Source of the DNA: Haliotis rufescens
Taxonomy: Eukaryota
Reading direction: 5' to 3'
Length of the DNA: 64,000 nt
Assembly: GCF_023055435.1 (NCBI RefSeq)
Contig: NW_025963784.1
Coordinates: 806,001-870,000 of the forward strand
The position numbers were made by a program, and so were the translations under genes. This document shows, one piece after another, positions 55,901 to 64,000 of the stretch. Numbering within the stretch: position 1 is the first letter of the stretch; each line of letters starts with the position of its first letter. Under the pieces are notes generated by a model. It was not told the DNA's origin. It saw nothing but the letters and a program-made list of their open reading frames with translations, and did no database searches.

Positions 55901-58900
55901 TATTTTGCAGTAGTTGTATATTTTTTGTGATAACATATGATTCGTCTATGCCATGATTGCGTATTCAGTATGCTAGAAGTTGTCACTTGCAATTGTGCGC
56001 ACGAAGCGACCATATGCTGCAATGGGTTTCAATTGAGTCAAAGCCAGTAACCCCATTGATCATAATGCTATTCGTTTTCAATATGCAGTTACAAAAGCAG
56101 ATATTGCACATGAACATATTCGTCTTGCTACATATTATTTTACGAAGTGAAAATCTGGTTGTCAGAGAGAGGTCTTTAGAAGTTCTAAGTTCCAAGTTCA
56201 TGATACCAATTCACTAATATCTCTGTTACTGCATCATATCCATCTTATGTGAAGCACGTGTTTCTTGATATATTGATCATACACCGGAAAGGCATTTGTT
56301 GTGAACTTTCAGGAAAATTTGACAAACTACACGTGGATCTTAATGCCAGTGAACATGCCACGTAATCAACATTGGGTGCTACTGGTGGCTAATGTCAAGG
56401 ATGGAACAGTGGGCGTGGTTAATTCTAAACCCTCCTTAGATGTGGAGGACAAAGTTGTAGAACACTGGAGGTAGGTGGACAGAACAGTGGGCGTGGTCAA
56501 TTCTAAACCCGCCTTAGATGTAGAAGACCCATTCGTACAACACTAGAGGTAGATACAAAAAACAAAGAGGACGTGTGGCTGCACATTATAAATGTTAAAA
56601 CCAAGCTATCCAATTTGAAATGTTGAAATGTTGATTTGTCAAAAACAAACATGAATGTAAATAAGACCCATCGAAAAATTCTCGATACACTCACATTTGT
56701 AGCTTTTACTTTTGGGTAGAAGATATAGAACAACTTGTTCACAGGGTTACTCAGTTCCCCAGATGGGTACACTGTGTGAATGATTATAACGCCATAAATA
56801 CAGTTATGTCACTGATTCATTTCAACCATAACATCTGTATTTGCTAACATTAAACCTAATGGTGGACAAAGCAGGAGAGAATATCAGAAATGCAAGGACC
56901 GGATATTTTAGACACTGCTGTATTTACCTTCTGCTCTACTTTTACTTTAACACCAGTCCACATGAGTTGAAGATGTTATTGCCATCGAGTAATATACATG
57001 TATTCCTCAGGCTCTTTGTAAACCACTTGAAATCTACGTCTAAGGAATGGAGCAAGTCATGGATGAAGAAACAGTACCCAGTGATAGAACAGTCTGATGG
57101 ACACAGCTGTGGGATATTCGTTCTGATGGTAGGTTGGTTTGAAGCTATGTTTTTGATATGAAAGGCAACATGTGTCTCAAAAACCACGTATGAAAGATAC
57201 CTTTTCATTTCTAACCTTCATATTCTCAGGCTGCTGATGCAATTTTGTCGGAGACGTCTCCAAGCATCATGAGGAACTGTCACGTAGAGAAATACAGGCT
57301 GTATGTGCTTCAGAGGATACTACAGTATGCCAAGGCCAAGGGAGATATGCAGGGTGGAGGAAATCACATGATGGCAGTTGATGGACAGAGTAATGTCACA
57401 AACGAAATTCAAACTGTAACGCTGGAGACAAGAGATGTACTGGAAAATATCTGTACAATATCAACAGAGCAAGGAGGTCCAACTATTCATGAAGAGGATG
57501 GACATGAAACACATGAAGGAACCGACTCTGCTGTCGCCAGTGATGAAAGTATGCATTCTGGAGATCATTACTATGTTACGGAATTGTAAGTCGTTACGCA
57601 AGGTATTATATTTTAAATCTACATGTGCAATGTTGTACACTGCTTTCTAACAAACGCTATTTGTTTTCACAGATACAGAGGACTATCCATGTTTGGATCA
57701 GCACTTGTTGCATAAGCAGGAGATGGCGTGCATGTTAGTGGTTGCTTTGGCGGAGAATAACCTGGAGGAGAGGATGCTATGGGCAGGGTCTGACACAGGG
57801 ACTCGCGTGGAAAGAGAAACCTACAAAAAATATATTGTTTGGGCACTTAAGGCTTTTGACATCAATGAAAAAGAATACACTGAAAATGTGATGAAACCTA
57901 TTTTATCCCAATTAACGGGATGCTGTCTCCATCATGAAGCAGGCTCATATAGAATAAGAAATCATAAAGTAGCAATAAAGCTAAGAGAAATACTGCTACG
58001 TGATGTTAGGCAGTTGGTTGAAAGGATGGATCTCGAGTTCATATTTCGTTATGTGACATTTAGAGATGATCCAACTGAAGAGGAACAACTAAATGTGTCT
58101 TTCAACCTCGAATTGAAACATGATGATCTGCATATTGTAGCGAAGCGGTTTGCTACAGCTTTACACGGCAGAAAGTTTGCCTTTGTGTGCATGCATTCCC
58201 TATTCCAGGTAGAGACATTTGTTGATATGGTTTGGGAGAAATTGTTGCATAATATGAACAAGGACAGTTCTGTACTGTTGAAAGTATTGTCAAATAATGA
58301 CATTGTACATGGATATTCCTTTCTGTTTTGGGCGAGCATCACAGACAACTCACATTTGTTGAGGAGAGCATTGTTCAGTGTTCAATTGAATGCAGAGAAC
58401 AGAAAGGAAGCTTTGTTTGGAAGTTGCTTTGGGAATAGTTTGGCCAACTTCGATTACTTGTTTTCCAATAAAAACTGGAAGTTGGATAAGTTGTGGATGA
58501 CACTACCCAAACTCCCAAGACCTCTTATCATTAAACTGCAGTTGGCAGTTGCAGATGATCTGGGAGAAAAGTTTGGTAAATGTTCACTTTTGGACATTGC
58601 CTGTATGGGTGGGTTGTCTGCAGTGGCTTCCAGATTGTCACATTTGATAAAGATGAGCAAGAAGAAAAACAGGTCAAGAAAGAATACATATGTACATTTT
58701 GCATCCTTGTGCCTAAAGGGCAAAGATACCATGGATACAAGTACAAAAATTGGAAAACTGAATGTCAATATAAAAGGCCCTGAAGGATCAACACCTTTAC
58801 ATTACGCATGTGCAGTTGGAAATGTTAGCATTGTAAGCTATCTGTTACAGGAAGTAGTGGACATTGGTGAGCAAAACAAGAAGGGTGAAACTGGGCTTCA

Positions 58901-61900
58901 TTTGGCATGTATATATGGAAACGCAGAAGTTGTTACAATGTTATTAAAGAACAAGGGAATAATTCATGTGAAAGATAATGCTGGCCGCACACCTCTACAT
59001 GATGCATCCAGGCAGGGACATAGGGAGGTTGTGGAGGTGTTATTACAGAACAAGACAAATGTGGATGAGAAAGATAAGGAAGGCCGCACACCTCTACATG
59101 ATGCATCCTGGCAGGGACATAAGGTGAGGTGAGGTGAAATGGGGTTTAACGTCGCGTCCAAGATTATTGCACTTATATAGCGACGTCAGGGACATAAGGA
59201 GGTTGTGGAGCAGTTATTACTGAACAAGGCAAATGTGAATGAGAAACGTCGAGATGGCAGCACACCTCTACATGATGCAGCCTTGCAGGGACATAGAGAG
59301 GTTGTGGAGGTGTTATTACAGAACAAGGCAAATGTGGATGAGAAACATCAAGAAGGCAGCACACCTCTACATGATGCATCCTGGCAGGGACATAGGGAGG
59401 TTGTGGAGGTGTTATTACAGAACAAGGCAAATATGGATGAGAAAGATCAAGAAGGCAGCACACCTCTACATCTTGCAGCCTACCAGGGACATAGGGAGGT
59501 TGTGGAGGTGTTATTACAGAACAAGGCAAATGTGCATGAGAAACGTAATGATGGCTGCACACCTCTACATAATGCAGCCTACCAGGGACATCGGGAGATT
59601 GTGGAGGTGTTATTACAGAACAAGGCAAATGTGGATGAGAAACATCAAGAAGGCAGCACATCTCTACATCTTGCAGCCTACCAGGGACATAGGGAGGTTG
59701 TGGAGGTGTTATTACAGAACAAGGCAAATGTGAATGAGAAACGTAATGATGGCCGCTCACCTCTACATCATGTGGCCTACCACGGACACAGGGAGGTTGT
59801 GGAGGTGTTATTACAGAACAAGACAAATGCATATGAGAAAGATAAGGAAGGCCGCACACCTCTACATGATGCAGCCTGGCAGGGACACAGGGAGGCTGTG
59901 GATGTGTTATTACAGAACAAGGCAAATGTGGATGACAAACGTGATGATGGCCGCACACCTCTACATCTTGCAGCCTCCCACGGACATAGGGATGTTGTGG
60001 AGTTGTTACTACAGAACAAGGCAAATGTGGATGAGAAACGTCAAGATGGCAGCACATCTCTACATGATGCAGGCTACCGGGGACATAGGGAGGTTGTGGA
60101 GTTGTTATTACAGAACAAGGCAAATGTGAATGAAAAACGTAATGGTGGCCGCACACCTCTACATCATGCAGCCAACCAGGGACACAGGGAGGTTGTGGAG
60201 GTGTTATTACAGAACAAGACAAATGTAGATAAGAAAGATAAGGAAGGCCGCACACCTCTACATGATGCAGCCTGGCAGGGACACAGGGAGGTTGTGGATG
60301 TGTTATTACGGAACAAGGCAAATGTGGATGACAAACGTGATGATGGCCGCACATCTCTACATGATGCAGCCTACCGGGGACATAGGGAGGTTGTGGAGGT
60401 GTTATTACAGAACAAGGCAAATGTGAATGAGAAACGTAATGATGGCACCACACCTCTACATCGTGCAGCCTACCAGGGACATAGGGAGGTTGTGGAGTTG
60501 TTATTACAGAACAAGGCAAATGTGGATGAGAAACATCAAGAAGGCAGCACACCTCTACATCTTGCAGCCTCCCACGGACATAGGGAGGTTGTGGAGTTGT
60601 TATTACAGAACAAGGCAAATGTGGATGAGAAAGATAAGGAAGGCCGCACACCTCTACATCGTGCAGCCTGGCAAGGACATCGGGTGGTTGTGGATGTGTT
60701 ATTACGGAACAAGGCAAATGTGGATGACAAACGTGATGATGGCCGCACACCTTTACATGATGCAGCCAGGCAGGGACACAGGGAGGTTGTGGAGGTGTTA
60801 TTACAGAACAAGGCAAATGTGGATGGGAAAGATAAGGAAGGCCGCACACCTCTACATCTTGCAGCCTCCCACGGACATAGGGAGGTTGTGGAGTTGTTAT
60901 TACAGAACAAGGCAAATGTGGATGAGAAAGATAAGGAAGGCCGCACCCCTGTACATCGTGCAGCCTGGCAAGGACATCGGGTGGTTGTGGATGTGTTATT
61001 ACGGAACAAGGCAAATGTGGATGACAAACGTGATGATGGCCGCACACCTTTACATGATGCAGCCAGGCAGGGACACAGGGAGGTTGTGGAGGTGTTATTA
61101 CAGAACAAGGCAAATGTGGATGGGAAAGATAAGGAAGGCCACACACCTCTACATCTTGCAGCCTCCCACGGACATAGGGAGGTTGTGGAGTTGTTATTAC
61201 AGAACAAGGCAAATGTGGATGAGAAAGATAAGGAAGGCCGCACACCTCTACATCGTGCAGCCTGGCAAGGACATCGGGTGGTTGTGGAGGTGTTTTTACA
61301 GAACAAGGCAAATGTGGATGAGAAACGTGAAGGTGGCAGCACACCTCTACATCTTGCAGCCTACCAGGGACATTGGATCGTTGTGGAGTTGTTATTACAG
61401 AACAAGGCAAATGTGGATGAGAAAGATAAGGAAGGCCGCACACCTCTACATCGTGCAGCCTGGCAAGGACATCGGGTGGTTGTGGATGTGTTATTACGGA
61501 ACAAGGCAAATGTGGATGACAAACGTGATGATGGCCGCACACCTTTACATGATGCAGCCAGGCAGGGACACAGGGAGGTTGTGGAGGTGTTATTACAGAA
61601 CAAGGCAAATGTGGATGGGAAAGATAAGGAAGGCCGCACACCTCTACATCTTGCAGCCTCCCACGGACATAGGGAGGTTGTGGAGTTGTTATTACAGAAC
61701 AAGGCAAATGTGGATGAGAAAGATAAGGAAGGCCGCACCCCTGTACATCGTGCAGCCTGGCAAGGACATCGGGTGGTTGTGGATGTGTTATTACGGAACA
61801 AGGCAAATGTGGATGACAAACGTGATGATGGCCGCACACCTTTACATGATGCAGCCAGGCAGGGACACAGGGAGGTTGTGGAGGTGTTATTACAGAACAA

Positions 61901-63933
61901 GGCAAATGTGGATGGGAAAGATAAGGAAGGCCACACACCTCTACATCTTGCAGCCTCCCACGGACATAGGGAGGTTGTGGAGTTGTTATTACAGAACAAG
62001 GCAAATGTGGATGAGAAAGATAAGGAAGGCCGCACACCTCTACATCGTGCAGCCTGGCAAGGACATCGGGTGGTTGTGGAGGTGTTTTTACAGAACAAGG
62101 CAAATGTGGATGAGAAACGTGAAGGTGGCAGCACACCTCTACATCTTGCAGCCTACCAGGGACATTGGATCGTTGTGGAGTTGTTATTACAGAACAAGGC
62201 AAATGTGGATGAGAAAGATAAGGAAGGCCGCACACCTCTACATCGTGCAGCCTCCCACGCACATAGGGAGGTTGTGGAGTTGTTATTACAGAACAAGGCA
62301 AATGTGGATGAGAAAGATAAGGAAGGCCGCACACCTCTACATCGTGCAGCCTGGCAAGGACATCGGGTGGTTGTGGAGGTGTTATTACAGAACAAGGCAA
62401 ATGTGGATGAGAAACGTCAAGATGGCAGCACACCTCTACATCTTGCAGCCTACCAGGGACATCGGGTGGTTGTGGAGGTGTTATTACAGAACAAGGCCAA
62501 TTTGGATGAGAAACGTCAAGATGGCAGCACACCTCTACATGATGCAGCCTGGCAGGGACATAGGAAGGTTGTGGAGTTGTTATTACAGAACAAGGCAAAT
62601 GTTTATGAGAAAGACGATAAAGAAGAAACTGCTTTACAAAAAGCAGAGGCGCAACATCACGATGATATCGCAAGGATTATAACTGAGGCAACAACTTTAC
62701 ATGACCTGACAACCAACCATGGTACAATTATAGATAAGTAAGAGCAATGTGGAAATCATGCTTGAGTTGACAGCCCAAACACATATATTGTATACGCTGT
62801 TTTGCAGAACAGTTTTGAAATCTCACGAAACCATATGAGACCTCGAAGAGGACAGTACCATCAGACATTTATCAAAATATCTATCATTTATCTAAGAATA
62901 TAGACAGAGCATTTCTACAAGGCCCCCCAAACAACATACTAAAAGTCCCAAATCAATCAATCAAATATGTCATGAGAGACCAACAGTGTATTGATATTGA
63001 ATGTCTCTCCATGTCTTGGAGGTCATCTTGGAATTTTGGGCCAGTCAGTTAGTGTGACAAGTTTTATGCAAATACGTCCCAGCACACTGTTTCAGAGATA
63101 AAAGCTTCAACAGTCTAAACTTATGTAAATTAGACATATTTCCCAAACTGGGATTGCTTGGGACTTTAAGTATGTTGTTTTGGGGACCTTGTAGACATGC
63201 ATTGTGGTGAGATGAACTCTATTGCTATTTGTTCCAAGTGAAACCTTATTTTCCATGGGCTACATATGTCAATGGGGACTTTGCAAAAACGCTAAAATTA
63301 TGTTAACCAATATTTGAACTTAATTAGGCTTCACTGTGTATACTATTGAATGATTTCGCTGGAACCTTTTACATCTTGATTTTGTATTATATATCACAAT
63401 AGCATCATTATTTTGATTAAGTCCTATTTTCTCTGAATTACTGTGTCAAGTGCATGTGATATTGTTTCAGGGTGACAACCGATGGCCAGTTTCTTATGAA
63501 ATCATCGTCAATTCCACACGGAAGCTATAACAATGGCGGTTGGCTTACATCCACACCACTAACATCAACGTGCCCAGTGAACCAGACATCAGTAGAACTG
63601 CCAGGGGTGTATGTTCCGGGCCAACTAGGACAGGCAGTTTCCACAGACAGACAAAGTGTTATGGAAGAGAGATACATCGCCTTGAAGTCATCCCAACCAT
63701 ATCATATAGACGGAAATCTTAACAACCTCCTTACAGATCCTGCACGCTTGGAGATACGTTCACCCAATCAAAGATCAGAAACCATATATGGAATCTCAAG
63801 TCATGTTCCCACCTATGTCCATGCTCCAGTAGTTGGTGACACATTGCCTAGTTCAGATGCCACTAGTAATTCTGAGAATGTCATCATTCACTACACTGAG
63901 TCTGGGGAAATGATAGAGCTGCAGCAGCTCTAA
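52947..63933 (+). CDS. CG-1-like / Ulp1(C48) protease / ankyrin-repeat protein, copy B (exons 52947-53127, 53891-54960, 55668-55802, 56313-56470, 57011-57128, 57230-57548, 57673-62737, 63471-63933; about 2477 aa if 59124-59198 is spliced out)
   Basis: All introns are GT-AG with compatible phases; the exon 6 donor is the least certain. Motifs: EEIVNIL..P.TPQGGEVYLY..WKDDKYHF..FVREASYL..LMQYIGD (CG-1-like); WLTDE, QHWVLLV, VVNS, EQSDGHSCG (C48 peptidase); TPLHxAAxxGH repeats. The only stop lies inside the insertion, at 59130-59132. Confidence 0.75.
58982..62620 (+). repeat. Tandem 99-bp ankyrin array, about 36 units, with 297-bp and 792-bp higher-order duplications
   Basis: Same consensus as the copy A array. 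An 8-repeat block ending GHWIVVE recurs at a 792-bp offset (for example 61342 and 62134). Confidence 0.9.
59125..59186 (-). mobile_element. 62-bp SINE 3'-end insertion in the ankyrin exon, with 13-bp TSD
   Basis: CAGGGACATAAGG is duplicated at 59112-59124 and 59187-59199. The insert matches ~16003-16063. Confidence 0.9.
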
Positions 63934-64000
63934 AAGTGGTCTAGAAAGGAGTTATCATTGTTATTATGGTGTCCAGTGTTTCAGTATACATAAACAGTTT

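Larger units (their letters stand above)
32660..64000 (+). repeat. Segmental duplication unit B
   Basis: Colinear with ~280-26600, including genes, introns, older TEs and the positions of N-runs. Confidence 0.95.

Noticed and set aside
58982-62620. Regular repeat array as a CRISPR-like locus
   Set aside because: The units are contiguous 33-codon ankyrin repeats with no unique spacers, in a eukaryotic spliced gene with no cas genes.
59173-62673. 1166-aa antisense ORF and 751-aa alternative-frame ORF over the ankyrin array (similar ORFs at 23741-25075)
   Set aside because: The 99-bp unit happens to lack stops in those frames, so tandem amplification produces long shadow ORFs. There is no independent evidence that they code.
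280-64000. Whole duplication as an uncollapsed-haplotype artefact
   Set aside because: Not favoured, given the many unit-specific TE insertions, deletions and independent ankyrin expansions. It cannot be excluded without read depth or spanning long reads.

Overview
Eukaryotic, AT-rich invertebrate DNA. The SINE tails suggest a mollusc such as abalone, but that is inference. The window is a tandem segmental duplication with a period of about 32-37 kb. Each unit has two parts. (a) A minus-strand array of small 3-exon genes, missed by the ORF track, each encoding an N-terminal MGN... exon (predicted N-myristoylation) plus a single CRADD/PIDD-like death domain. Their promoters share one layout: TCCGAAAATCCG motif, then an NF-kB-like site, then TATA in some copies. 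(b) A divergently transcribed 8-exon plus-strand gene encoding a CG-1-like DNA-binding domain, a Ulp1/C48-type protease, a helical region and a DARPin-like ankyrin array (about 15 repeats in copy A, about 36 in copy B). Copy A of the large gene is frameshifted. Copy B is open except for a SINE-tail insertion (75 nt including its target-site duplication) that could splice out in frame as a new intron. Unit B also carries a Ngaro/DIRS-type retroelement lacking its recombinase. SINEs, a MITE, and Gypsy and LINE remnants are scattered throughout. All gene models and domain calls were made by eye; no database search was run.
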